Assembly: GCA_964016885.1 (NCBI GenBank)
Contig: OZ024741.1
Span: 310,001 to 374,000, forward strand
DNA length: 64,000 nucleotides
From: Eledone cirrhosa
Lineage: Eukaryota
Direction of reading: 5' to 3'
Shown: positions 40,502 to 55,591 of the stretch, piece by piece
How positions within the stretch are numbered: position 1 is the stretch's first letter
Layout: every line of letters starts with the position of its first letter
The notes under the pieces: model-generated
Database searches by the model: none
Told to the model about the DNA's origin: nothing
What the model saw: the letters and a program-made list of their open reading frames with translations, nothing else
Position numbers and translations under genes: made by a program

Positions 40502-40552
40502 AGTTTCAGAAGATCCCGTTAAGGGTGAAAGCAGCGATTCTCTGCTTAAACT
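40502..40552 (+). ncRNA. HHR motif, U4A variant
   Basis: agttt-CAGAAGA-t ccc gttaa ggg t-GAAA-gcag cgattct ctgc-TT-aaact. Confidence 0.65.
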
Positions 40553-42226
40553 TTAATCTGTTATTTGAGGCTTTCCCGTCTTTCCACCAACGAGCGCATT
40601 TTCAACGACCATTCCACTTATTACAATGAAGCTCTTGCTCGAAGTGGATTTGTCGATAAGGTAGCATATACAGAGTACGAAAACAGACCTAGAAGAAATA
40701 GATCCCGTCGCATTTGTTGGTTTAACCCACCATATAATATGGAGGTGGCCACACCATTAGCTAAGATCTTTCTTTCCCTTATTACGAAGCATTTTCCCCC
40801 TACACATAAATATAGTAAAATTTTTAATAGAAATACTATTAAAATTTCTTACTCTACGACTCCTAACCTTGCACATAACATCACAGCTTCAAATTTAGCT
40901 AAACTACCTAGCCGTAGGAACACGTGCAACCCTGTAGTTAGTACTAACTGTAATTGTAGGAATCGGGCTGATTGCCCCCTATCCGGGAAATGCCTCTCTA
41001 GTAACATTGTCTACAAATGTAAGGTTGTAACACCCACGTCCCATAGGGCCTACATAGGGTTAACCACCAATAGATTCAAGCAGCGTCTTTACATGCATAC
41101 CCATTCTTTTTGTTACTCTCTAAGAAGGAATATGACGTCACTTTCAGCTTATATCTGGAGTCTAAAAGACAACCACACCCAATATAAGTTACACTGGGAG
41201 ATGCTAGCTAGGGCTAGATCGTATAACGGAAATAAAAGACCATGTGACCTCTGCGCCGCTGAGGCCCTGGAAATACTCTACGCCACAGACCACATCTTAA
41301 ACAAAAAATCTGAGGCAATTTCGGCTTGTAAACATAAATTGCACAAAACTTTCCTGTATTACAGCCCCACGTTACACCCTAACGGATAGCACAATCTATA
41401 CGTGATATTTTACGTCTTGATGTGGGAGCTAAGTATATGTTTTGTTTATTCTTTTACTTATATGCATAGGTAAGTATATATTACCCGTATGTTTTGTGAA
41501 GGTATGTATACCTTCTCGTACGTATATTTGACTGTTATGGCGTATAAAGTATATGTTTTGTTTATTCTTTTACTTATTTGCATAGTTGACTTACGTCTCC
41601 GAACATTCTTGTATTTATTTGTAGGTATGTATGTGCGCTTGTTATATACGTATTTATTTACTTATATACGTTTATATAATTATTTATTTCTTTGTACACA
41701 AGCATACACACAAGCATACACACACACACATATTTATAGGTGCGTGGTTTTGTATACCTTGTGTATGTACGTATCTGTTTGCGTGTATGTATTTATTTGT
41801 TTCTATTACTTCTGTATTGTATTTATTTACTTTGTTCTTAACTCTGTAGCGGAGATTCATTTGGTCTCCTAGTTAGAATTTTAGTCTACGACTTCTGCTA
41901 TACCATTTACGTGGTTTTGTCTTTGCGTGCTATTCTTCTCCACGCTCCACATATGACTTATTATCTTCGTTTTTTCGTTCATTGCCAGAGAACGTTTCTA
42001 TGCACCACCTAAGAGAACATTAGTCTACGACCTCTTTTATACCATAAACGTGGTTCTGTCTTTGCGCGTAATTGTTTTTCACTGCTCCTATTAATGACGT
42101 ATTATTCGTTTTTTCCCGTTCTTTGCCAGCGAACGTTTCCACGAACCAAAGTATCATCTTCCTGTCTTCCTCCGGTTGCAACGTTTTTTGAAATATCCAG
42201 TTCTGCGTTTACAGATTGACTTTGTT

Positions 42227-42277
42227 AGTTTCAGAAGATCCCGTTAAGGGTGAAAGCAGCGATTCTTTGCTTAAACT
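42227..42277 (+). ncRNA. HHR motif, U4A variant (second copy)
   Basis: Same as 40502-40552; stem III gcag/ttgc. Confidence 0.65.
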
Positions 42278-42388
42278 TTAATCTGTTATTTTAATAAATA
42301 TTTGCTCTACGGTTCCTATATATTTGATATATACTTTCCTTATCGAGCCCTCTTTGGATTTTAGTCTTCAAGTTTATTATTATTACTA

Positions 42389-43945
<1,557 letters not shown>

Positions 43946-43946
43946 A

Positions 43947-44972
43947 AAGTGCCCACAAACTACTAGCTCTTTCAATTGCGCAGAGGGTTCTATAGAAATA
44001 GTGGACAGCTTCCGTTACCTGGGCGATAAAATCAGCAGTGGGGGAGGGTGCTCTGAAAGTACTGTAGCTAGAGTCAGAACTGGTTGGAAAAAGTTCAGAG
44101 AGCTTATACCACTATTAGCTGCTAAAGGGTTCTCACTAAAAATGAAAGGCAGGTTGTACGATGCCTGCATACGAACAGCAATGCTGCATGGCAGTGAGAC
44201 CTGGGCATTGTGTGCAGAGGATATACGCAGACTAGAGAGGAACGAAGCTTGCATGCTCCGCTGGATGTGTAACAGTAATATACGTGAACGGCAAAGCATA
44301 AACGAACTAAGGAAAAAATTAGAGATAAGAGGGATCAGATGTTGTTTACTCGAGAGAAGGCTACGTTGGTATGGACACGTGATGCGCATGAAAGTCGATA
44401 GCTGTATAACAAAGTGCAGGGCAATAAAGATAGACGGTAGTCACGGAATAGGCAGACCTAGAAAAACCTGGGACGAGCTGATAAACTCCGACATCACACA
44501 CTTACACCTCTCCAAGACAATGTCACTGGACCGAGACCTTTGGCGGTACTCAGTAACAGAGAAGACCCGCCTTACCTGAATATATAGTAAAACCTACTCC
44601 AGCCAGTAGGCATCTCTAACAAAATACACCCCGTCCCACCACCCCCACCCCCACCCCATCCACACCACCCCGTTCTATGTAAAGTTATGTTGGTGCCGCG
44701 CCATCGAGGCCGAAACAAATGAGATCGTGTAGGTGTCACGACAAAAAAACACACAGTCCACGCTGTAATGTGGCCGTGTAGGCAACACGGTAAAAACCTC
44801 CCAGACCCACACTGTAAATGTGGTTGGTGTTAGGAAGGGCATCCAACTGTAGAAAACCTGCCAGACAGTCCTATGCGAGCAAGACAATCACTCTTGCCTC
44901 AAGTGGGACTACCCCCGTCCAAACCCATGCAAGCGTGGAACACGGACGTTAAACGTTGATGATGATGATGAT
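43947..44972 (+). mobile_element. RTE LINE 3' fragment
   Basis: FRYLGD…RRLRWYGH, 3' UTR, (GAT)n tail. Confidence 0.93.
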
Positions 44973-44977
44973 ATATG

Positions 44978-45028
<51 letters not shown>

Positions 45029-45084
45029 GTATATGTATATATATGTATATTGTATATATATGTATATTGTATATATATGTATAT

Positions 45085-45180
<96 letters not shown>

Positions 45181-45220
45181 GTATATTGTATATATATGTA
45201 TATTGTATATATATGTATAT

Positions 45221-45275
<55 letters not shown>

Positions 45276-45367
45276 GTATATTATATATATATATGTATAT
45301 ATATGTATATTGTATATATATGTATATTATATATATATATATATGTATATTGTATATATATGTATAT

Positions 45368-45403
<36 letters not shown>

Positions 45404-45407
45404 TGTA

Positions 45408-45701
45408 TTCAATTCTCAGACCGGGTGATGTGTTGTTTCCTTGAGCAAGACACTTTATTTCACATTGCTCCAGTTTACTCAGCTGTAGAAATGAGATGAT
45501 AGGGACTGGGGTCCATATCATTCCACTGCAAAGTGGTCGTGGAGGTGCCACGGCAAAAAAGCACTCAGCACTCACTGTAAATGAGGTTGGTGTTAGGAAG
45601 GGCATCCAGCTGTAGAAATCAAGCCAGAATCAGTTCCCGTCCCACGCTTGCAAGCAGGGAAAAAGCGGACTTAAAACGAAATGATGAAAAATGATGATGA
45701 T
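45408..45701 (+). mobile_element. 5'-truncated copy of the RTE-tailed SINE
   Basis: Homologous to 35795-36070. Confidence 0.85.
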
Positions 45702-46158
45702 GTATATATATGTATATTATATATATATATGTATATATATGTATATATGTATATATATGTATATTATATATATATATATGTATATTATATATATATATGT
45801 ATATTATATATATGTATATTATATATATATATGTATATTATATATATGTATATATGTATATATATGTATATTATATATATATATGTATATTGTATATTAT
45901 ATATATATATGTATATTATATATATGTATATATGTATATATATGTATATTATATATATATATATGTATATTATATATATATGTATATTATATATATATGT
46001 ATATTATATATATATATATATATCTATATATATGTATATATATATGTATATATATGTATATGTATATTATATATATATGTGTATATATATGTATATGTAT
46101 ATTATATATATATGTATATATATATGTATGTATATGTATATATATATGTATATATATG

Positions 46159-46586
46159 TCATCATCATCATCATCATCACCGTTTTACGTCCGTTCTTCC
46201 ACGCTAGCATGGGTTAGACGGGTTGTCCTGTTGTGGGCAGTGTCTGGTCGGCTGACCATGCCTTGCTCATACAGGAACTGATCTGGCTTGATTTCTACAG
46301 CTGGATGCCCTTCCTAACACCAACCTCATTTACAGTGAGTGCTGGGTGCTTTTTCGTGGCGCCTACACGTCCACTTTACAGTGTGGGCTGGATGCTTTTT
46401 TGCCGTGGCACCTCCACGACCACCTTGCGGTGGGGGGAGTGGGGGCATATTGTTTATATGCTTCAGCATGTACCCATGGGAGGTCGGGTACCCTGTATTA
46501 CTGCGTGACGCCAGAAGTCACGGTCGTGTGTCATTGTCTTTGAGAGGTGTAATTGGGTAAGGTCGGCTTTTATCACCTCATCCCAA
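46159..46586 (-). mobile_element. RTE subfamily B 3' end
   Basis: Reverse complement of 47950-48368. Confidence 0.88.
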
Positions 46587-46613
46587 TATGTATATTATAT
46601 ATATATATATATG

Positions 46614-47503
46614 TATTATATTTTGAGAATAAACTCTCAGTCGTTTACAATAATTAAGCTCCAGGAAAAGGGGCTCTTCCGAGCAGTTAGATACATTTAA
46701 AATATATGATAAACACGAAATGTGTTTACATTGCAACAGACAAAGTTAGCTATTAATGAAATAAACTAATTAAAGTGAATACAATTTGTCTGTCTCGATA
46801 TAAGTCAATAAAGACAAGCTTATATTGGCAACGACCATGATTCCTGGACAGATTTAAATTTCAAAATTCAAACCTGTTCTGTAGACGAATTTGAACCTCG
46901 AAACCTAAATAAGTTTCGCAACGGTGGTATGTGAATTGAAAAATAAAGAGAATCGAAATGGAATAGAAATAAAAAAGTGAAATATCCAAATATTCTGTGC
47001 TTATCAACAGGAATCCAGTAAAATTAGTACATCTCACGTCAAAAATTTTGCAGGTCTGACTACACGTGTGTAGGCAGGCCAAAACTAGCCGTCCCACATT
47101 CACGGTGCTAGAAATAACAGCCGCTTATGCAGGATTAAGGATCAGCTCTACAATAAAGGAGCCATACACTATATTATATTTTGAGAATAAACTCTGTCGT
47201 TTACAATAATTAAGCTCCAGGAAAAGGGCTCTTCCGAGCAGTCAAATACATTTAAAATATATGATAAACACGAAATGTGTTTACATTGCAACAGACAAAG
47301 TTAGCTATTAATGAAATAAACTAATTAAAGTGAATACAATTTGTCTGTCTCGATATAAGTCAATAAAGACAAGCTTATATTGGCAACGGCCATGATTCCG
47401 GGACAGATTTAAATTTCAAAATTCAAACCTGTTCTGAAGACAAATTTGAACCTCGAAACCTAAATAAGTTTCGCAACGGTGGTATGTGAATTGAAAAATA
47501 AAG
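46614..47503. repeat. ~560-bp-period head-to-tail non-coding repeat (1.6 units)
   Basis: 46614-46947 is repeated at 47174-47503. Confidence 0.85.
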
Positions 47504-47504
47504 A

Positions 47505-48368
47505 TGACCGAATTAACAGCGGAGGTGGGTGTTCAGAAAGTACAATAACTAGGGTAAGAACGGGATGGAAGAAGTTTAGGGAACTACTACCACTGCTAGC
47601 TGCAAAAGGCTTCTCCCTCAGAATGAAAGGCAGACTGTATGATGCGTGTATCCGAACAGCGATGTTGCATGGTAGTGAGACCTGGGCGCTGAAGGTGGAA
47701 GACTTACGTAGATTAGAGAGAAACGAAGCCTGCATGCTCCGATGGATGTGTAACAGTAATATACGTGAACGACAAAGCATAAATGAATTGAGAGAGACAC
47801 TGAGCATAAGAGGAATCAAATGATGTGTGCAGGATAGGCGGTTGCGCTGGTATGGACATGTGATGCGTATGAAGGATGACAGCTGCATAAAAAGGTGCAG
47901 AGCACTAGAAGTTGATGGAAACCGCGGAGTGGGGAGACCCAAGATGACCTGGGATGAGGTGATAAAAGCCGACCTTACCCAATTACACCTCTCAAAGACA
48001 ATGACACACGACCTTGACTTCTGGCGTCACGCAGTAATACAGAGTACCCTTCCTCCCATGGGTACATGCTGAAGCATATAAACAATATGCCCCCACACAC
48101 CCCACCGCAAGGTGGTCGTGGAGGTGCCACGGCAAAAAAGCACCCAGCCCACACTGTAAAGTGGACGTGTAGGCGCCACGAAAAAGCACCCAGCACTCAC
48201 TGTAAATGAGGTTGGTGTTAGGAAGGGCATCCAGCTGTAGAAATCAAGCCAGATCAGTTCCTGTATGAGTAAGGCATGGTCAGCCGACCAGACACTGCAC
48301 ACAACAGGACAACCCGTCTAACCCATGCTAGCGTGGAAGAACGGACGTAAAACGGTGATGATGATGAT
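47505..48368 (+). mobile_element. RTE subfamily B 3' fragment
   Basis: [14 protein letters not shown]…RRLRWYGH…; one in-frame stop; distinct 3' UTR; (GAT)n tail. Confidence 0.9.
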
Positions 48369-48402
48369 ATATGTATATTATATATGTATATATATATATA
48401 TA

Positions 48403-49303
48403 TATGTAATAAAATGAGTCCCTCATCAGTGATTTGCCGACGATCATAGATATTTCATTGCATTAAAAATCATATACCTCACGTCGGTGCAATAATAACT
48501 AAATTAAGTTATTAGGACAATTAAAACGCGTAAAGCGAATGAGACAAGTAAACAACAAAGAGGAGAGCTAACCGTAGAGAGGAAGGGAACAAGCTACATA
48601 GTTATTCTGTTAGCATAAGCTAGGTGAATATATGAGCTGAGCGCTTAGAAAAAAGACCTTTCGAGATGAATCCAAATGTGAGAAAGAAAGAAAATGTTTT
48701 CGTCGCGAACGGGGTGAAGTGAGAAGGGGAGAAACAGTGAGTGAGTGAGTGGAAGTGTGAGGAAGAGTTAACTGACATGACAGAGGGGGCGAAAGAAAGT
48801 AGGAGAAACAGAACGAGGGAGCAGTAAGAGAGTGAGAGAGAAAAAAACAGAATCGCAGTTTAGGTAAATATAGGTGAAAAAATGGGGAGAAGAATATTGC
48901 AGGTTGCACATGGATAACACTTTCACTCACTGTTTCTCCCCTTCTCACTTCACCCCGTTCGCGACGAAAACATTTTCTTTCTTTCTCACATTTGGATTCA
49001 TCTCGAAAGGTCTTTTTTCTAAGCGCTCATATATTCACCTAGCTTATGCTAACAGAATAACTATGTAGCTTGTTCCCTTCCTCTCTACGGTTAGCTCTCC
49101 TCTTTGTTGTTTACTTGTCTCACTCGCTTTACGCGTTTTAATTGTCCTAATAACTTAATTTAGTTATTATTGCACCGACGTGAGGTATATGATTTTTAAT
49201 GCAATGAAATATCTATGATCGTCGGCAAATCACTGATGAGGGACTCATTTTATTACATGTTATCCATGTGCAACCTGCAGTATTCTTCTCCCCATTTTTT
49301 CAC
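48403..49303. mobile_element. ORF-less fold-back element built from a circularly permuted ~518-bp unit
   Basis: 48921-49259 is the reverse complement of 48403-48745, and 49259-49303 is the reverse complement of 48874-48918. (TA)n flanks. Confidence 0.7.
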
Positions 49304-49440
49304 ATATATATATATGTATATATATGTATATTATATATGTATATATATGTATATTATATATGTATATATATGTATATTATATATGTATATATATGTATAT
49401 TATATATGTATATATATGTATATTATATATGTATATATAT

Positions 49441-52400
49441 AAGTAATAGCGCAACTAATCAGAGAGAGAATTGACCTAGATGAAATGCAGTTCGGGTTTG
49501 TGTCAGGCAAAAGTACCACAGACGCTCTTTTCATAGTACGACAACTACAGGAGAAGTACCTAGCTAAAGGTAAACCCCTCTACTTAGCTTTTGTCGACTT
49601 GGAGAAAGCCTTCTACAGAGTCCCCCGCTCCATTATCTGGTGGGCTCTTAGAAAACTAGGCGTTGACGAATGGCTTGTGAGGGCTATACAAGCCATGTAT
49701 AAAGAAACAGTCAGCAAGGTTAGAATTAACAACGAATATAGTGAAGAGTTTAGCGTAAAAGTTGGCGTCCATCAGGGCTCTGTTCTCAGCCCCCTACTAT
49801 TTATTATTGCCCTTCAGGCTATAACAGAGGAGTTCAAGACAGGCTGCCCATGGGAACTCCTATACGCAGACGACCTGACACTCATAGCGGAATCAATGGC
49901 CGAGCTAGAGAAGAAATTCCAAACATGGAAGCACGGCCTAGAGTCAAAAGGACTTAAAATTAACCTGGCTAAGACCAAAGTTCTAGTTTGTAGGAAAGAA
50001 AACAAGGCGGCGGTCCCTTCTGGGAAATGGTCGTGCTCGGTGTGTAGGAAAGGCGTAGGTAGAAACTCCTTTTTATGTCCTAAATGCAAAGTATGGGTGC
50101 ATAAAAGATGTAGTGGGATCACAGGTAAGCTAACTAAGAACATAGATTTTACATGTGGCCGGTGTTCTGGTGCAATAAGTAGCAGCAAGTGCCCACAAAA
50201 TACTAGCTCTTTCAATTGCGCAGAGGGTTCTATAGAAATAGTGGACAGCTTCCGTTACCTGGGCGATAAAATCAGCAGTGGGGGAGGGTGCTCTGAAAGT
50301 ACTGTAGCTAGAGTCAGAACTGGTTGGAAAAAGTTCAGAGAGCTTATACCACTATTAGCTGCTAAAGGGTTCTCCCTAAAAATGAAAGGCAGGTTGTACG
50401 ATGCCTGCATACGAACAGCAATGCTGCATGGCAGTGAGACCTGGGCATTGTGTGCAGAGGATATACGCAGACTAGAGAGGAACGAAGCTTGCATGCTCCG
50501 CTGGATGTGTAACAGTAATATACGTGAACGGCAAAGCATAAACGAACTAAGGAAAAAATTAGAGATAAGAGGGATCAGATGTTGTTTACTCGAGAGAAGG
50601 CTACGTTGGTATGGACACGTGATGCGCATGAAAGTCGATAGCTGTATAACAAAGTGCAGGGCAATAAAGATAGACGGTAGTCACGGAATAGGCAGACCTA
50701 GAAAAACCTGGGACGAGCTGATAAACTCCGACATCACACACTTACACCTCTCCAAGACAATGTCACTGGACCGAGACCTTTGGCGGTACTCAGTAACAGA
50801 GAAGACCCGCCTTACCTAAATATATAGTAAAACCTACTCCAGCCAGTAGGCATCTCTAACAAAATACACCCCGTCCCACCACCACCACCCCATCCACACC
50901 ACCCCGTTCTATGTAAAGTTATGTTGGTGCCACGCCATCCAGGCCGAAACAAATGAGATCGTGTAGGTGTCACGACAAAAAAACACACAGTCCACGCTGT
51001 AATGTGGCCGTGTAGGCAACACGGTAAAAACCTCCCAGACCCACACTGTAAATGTGGTTGGTGTTAGGAAGGGCATCCAACTGTAGAAAACCTGCCAGAC
51101 AGTCCTATGCGAGCAAGACAATCACTCTTGCCTCAAGTGGGACTACCCCCGTCCAAACCCATGCAAGCGTGGAACACGGACGTTAAACGTTGATGATGAT
51201 GATGATGATGATATATATATGTATATTATATATGTATATATATGTATATTATATATGTATATATATGTATATTATATATGTATATATATGTATATTATAT
51301 ATGTATATATATGTATATTATATATGTATATATATATGTATATATATGTATATTATATATGTATATTATATATGTATATATATGTATATATATATGTATA
51401 TATATAAGTAATAGCGCAACTAATCAGAGAGAGAATTGACCTAGATGAAATGCAGTTCGGGTTTGTGTCAGGCAAAAGTACCACAGACGCTCTTTTCATA
51501 GTACGACAACTACAGGAGAAGTACCTAGCTAAAGGTAAACCCCTCTACTTAGCTTTTGTCGACTTGGAGAAAGCCTTCGACAGAGTCCCCCGCTCCATTA
51601 TCTGGTGGGCTCTTAGAAAACTAGGCGTTGACGAATGGCTTGTGAGGGCTATACAAGCCATGTATAAAGAAACAGTCAGCAAGGTTAGAATTAACAACGA
51701 ATATAGTGAAGAGTTTAGCGTAAAAGTTGGCGTCCATCAGGGCTCTGTTCTCAGCCCCCTACTATTTATTATTGCCCTTCAGGCTATAACAGAGGAGTTC
51801 AAGACAGGCTGCCCATGGGAACTCCTATACGCAGACGACCTGACACTCATAGCGGAATCAATGGCCGAGCTAGAGAAGAAATTCCAAACATGGAAGCACG
51901 GCCTAGAGTCAAAAGGACTTAAAATTAACCTGGCTAAGACCAAAGTTCTAGTTTGTAGGAAAGAAAACAAGGCGGCGGTCCCTTTGGGAAATGGTCGTGC
52001 TCGGTGTGTAGGAAAGGCGTAGGTAGAAACTCCATTTTATGTCCTAAATGCAAAGTATGGGTGCATAAAAGATGTAGTGGGATCACAGGTAAGCTAACTA
52101 AGAACATAGATTTTACATGTGGCCGGTGTTCTGGTGCAATAAGTAGCAGCAAGTGCCCACAAAATACTAGCTCTTTCAATTGCGCAGAGGGTTCTATAGA
52201 AATAGTGGACAGCTTCCGTTACCTGGGCGATAAAATCAGCAGTGGGGGAGGGTGCTCTGAAAGTACTGTAGCTAGAGTCAGAACTGGTTGGAAAAAGTTC
52301 AGAGAGCTTATACCACTATTAGCTGCTAAAGGGTTCTCCCTAAAAATGAAAGGCAGGTTGTACGATGCCTGCATACGAACAGCAATGCTGCATGGCAGTG

Positions 52401-55119
52401 AGACCTGGGCATTGTGTGCAGAGGATATACGCAGACTAGAGAGGAACGAAGCTTGCATGCTCCGCTGGATGTGTAACAGTAATATACGTGAACGGCAAAG
52501 CATAAACGAACTAAGGAAAAAATTAGAGATAAGAGGGATCAGATGTTGTTTACTCGAGAGAAGGCTACGTTGGTATGGACACGTGATGCGCATGAAAGTC
52601 GATAGCTGTATAACAAAGTGCAGGGCAATAAAGATAGACGGTAGTCACGGAATAGGCAGACCTAGAAAAACCTGGGACGAGCTGATAAACTCCGACATCA
52701 CACACTTACACCTCTCCAAGACAATGTCACTGGACCGAGACCTTTGGCGGTACTCAGTAACAGAGAAGACCCGCCTTACCTAAATATATAGTAAAACCTA
52801 CTCCAGCCAGTAGGCATCTCTAACAAAATACACCCCGTCCCACCACCACCACCCCATCCACACCACCCCGTTCTATGTAAAGTTATGTTGGTGCCACGCC
52901 ATCCAGGCCGAAACAAATGAGATCGTGTAGGTGTCACGACAAAAAAACACACAGTCCACGCTGTAATGTGGCCGTGTAGGCAACACGGTAAAAACCTCCC
53001 AGACCCACACTGTAAATGTGGTTGGTGTTAGGAAGGGCATCCAACTGTAGAAAACCTGCCAGACAGTCCTATGCGAGCAAGACAATCACTCTTGCCTCAA
53101 GTGGGACTACCCCCGTCCAAACCCATGCAAGCGTGGAACACGGACGTTAAACGTTGATGATGATGATGATAATGATATATATATGTATATTATATATGTA
53201 TATATATGTATATTATATATGTATATATATGTATATTATATATGTATATATATGTATATTATATATGTATATATATATGTATTATATATGTATATTATAT
53301 ATGTATATTATATATGTATATATATGTATATTATATATGTATATATATAAGTAATAGCGCAACTAATCAGAGAGAGAATTGACCTAGATGAAATGCAGTT
53401 CGGGTTTGTGTCAGGCAAAAGTACCACAGACGCTCTTTTCATAGTACGACAACTACAGGAGAAGTACCTAGCTAAAGGTAAACCCCTCTACTTAGCTTTT
53501 GTCGACTTGGAGAAAGCCTTCGACAGAGTCCCCCGCTCCATTATCTGGTGGGCTCTTAGAAAACTAGGCGTTGACGAATGGCTTGTGAGGGCTATACAAG
53601 CCATGTATAAAGAAACAGTCAGCAAGGTTAGAATTAACAACGAATATAGTGAAGAGTTTAGCGTAAAAGTTGGCGTCCATCAGGGCTCTGTTCTCAGCCC
53701 CCTACTATTTATTATTGCCCTTCAGGCTATAACAGAGGAGTTCAAGACAGGCTGCCCATGGGAACTCCTATACGCAGACGACCTGACACTCATAGCGGAA
53801 TCAATGGCCGAGCTAGAGAAGAAATTCCAAACATGGAAGCACGGCCTAGAGTCAAAAGGACTTAAAATTAACCTGGCTAAGACCAAAGTTCTAGTTTGTA
53901 GGAAAGAAAACAAGGCGGCGGTCCCTTTGGGAAATGGTCGTGCTCGGTGTGTAGGAAAGGCGTAGGTAGAAACTCCATTTTATGTCCTAAATGCAAAGTA
54001 TGGGTGCATAAAAGATGTAGTGGGATCACAGGTAAGCTAACTAAGAACATAGATTTTACATGTGGCCGGTGTTCTGGTGCAATAAGTAGCAGCAAGTGCC
54101 CACAAAATACTAGCTCTTTCAATTGCGCAGAGGGTTCTATAGAAATAGTGGACAGCTTCCGTTACCTGGGCGATAAAATCAGCAGTGGGGGAGGGTGCTC
54201 TGAAAGTACTGTAGCTAGAGTCAGAACTGGTTGGAAAAAGTTCAGAGAGCTTATACCACTATTAGCTGCTAAAGGGTTCTCCCTAAAAATGAAAGGCAGG
54301 TTGTACGATGCCTGCATACGAACAGCAATGCTGCATGGCAGTGAGACCTGGGCATTGTGTGCAGAGGATATACGCAGACTAGAGAGGAACGAAGCTTGCA
54401 TGCTCCGCTGGATGTGTAACAGTAATATACGTGAACGGCAAAGCATAAACGAACTAAGGAAAAAATTAGAGATAAGAGGGATCAGATGTTGTTTACTCGA
54501 GAGAAGGCTACGTTGGTATGGACACGTGATGCGCATGAAAGTCGATAGCTGTATAACAAAGTGCAGGGCAATAAAGATAGACGGTAGTCACGGAATAGGC
54601 AGACCTAGAAAAACCTGGGACGAGCTGATAAACTCCGACATCACACACTTACACCTCTCCAAGACAATGTCACTGGACCGAGACCTTTGGCGGTACTCAG
54701 TAACAGAGAAGACCCGCCTTACCTAAATATATAGTAAAACCTACTCCAGCCAGTAGGCATCTCTAACAAAATACACCCCGTCCCACCACCACCACCCCAT
54801 CCACACCACCCCGTTCTATGTAAAGTTATGTTGGTGCCACGCCATCCAGGCCGAAACAAATGAGATCGTGTAGGTGTCACAACAAAAAAACACACAGTCC
54901 ACGCTGTAATGTGGCCGTGTAGGCAACACGGTAAAAACCTCCCAGACCCACACTGTAAATGTGGTTGGTGTTAGGAAGGGCATCCAACTGTAGAAAACCT
55001 GCCAGACAGTCCTATGCGAGCAAGACAATCACTCTTGCCTCAAGTGGGACTACCCCCGTCCAAACCCATGCAAGCGTGGAACACGGACGTTAAACGTTGA
55101 TGATGATGATGATGATGAT
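49441..55119 (+). mobile_element. Three tandem copies of a 5'-truncated RTE LINE (starts 49441, 51406, 53349)
   Basis: Identical truncation point; RT motifs; (GAT)n plus microsatellite spacers. Copies 2 and 3 share a 1-bp frameshift. Confidence 0.95.
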
Positions 55120-55358
55120 ATATATATGTATATTATATATGTATATATATGTATATTATATATGTATATATATGTATATTATATATGTATATATATGTAT
55201 ATTATATATGTATATTATATATGTATATATATATGTATATATATGTATATTATATATGTATATATATGTATATTATATATGTATATATATGTATATTATA
55301 TATGTATAGTATATATATATATGTATAGTATATATATATATGTTATATATATAGAAGA

Positions 55359-55407
55359 GATTCTACAGGACTAGAACTGTTTCATTCATTAGAAATCATC
55401 AGGAATC
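55359..55407 (-). ncRNA. Type I HHR (intact), antisense twin
   Basis: Exact reverse complement of 55412-55460. Confidence 0.85.
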
Positions 55408-55411
55408 ATGA

Positions 55412-55460
55412 GATTCCTGATGATTTCTAATGAATGAAACAGTTCTAGTCCTGTAGAATC
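55412..55460 (+). ncRNA. Type I HHR (intact)
   Basis: gattc-CTGATGA-tttc taat gaat-GAAAC-ag ttctagtc ct-GTA-gaatc. Confidence 0.88.
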
Positions 55461-55553
55461 TCTTCTATATTAAAACTGTTATACTCTGCTATGTATTGAG
55501 TACCTTACTTACTGTGGTTACCTCCGATTCAACCCGGAATAACGTATATATGT

Positions 55554-55591
<38 letters not shown>

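Larger units (their letters stand above)
39165..42388 (+). mobile_element. Penelope-like element in partial tandem
   Basis: ORF 40565-41389: WFNPPY…CNCRNRADCPLSGKCL…VYKC…YIGLT…F…H…CDLC…LN…CKH. 39165-40564 duplicates 40990-42290. Confidence 0.92.
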
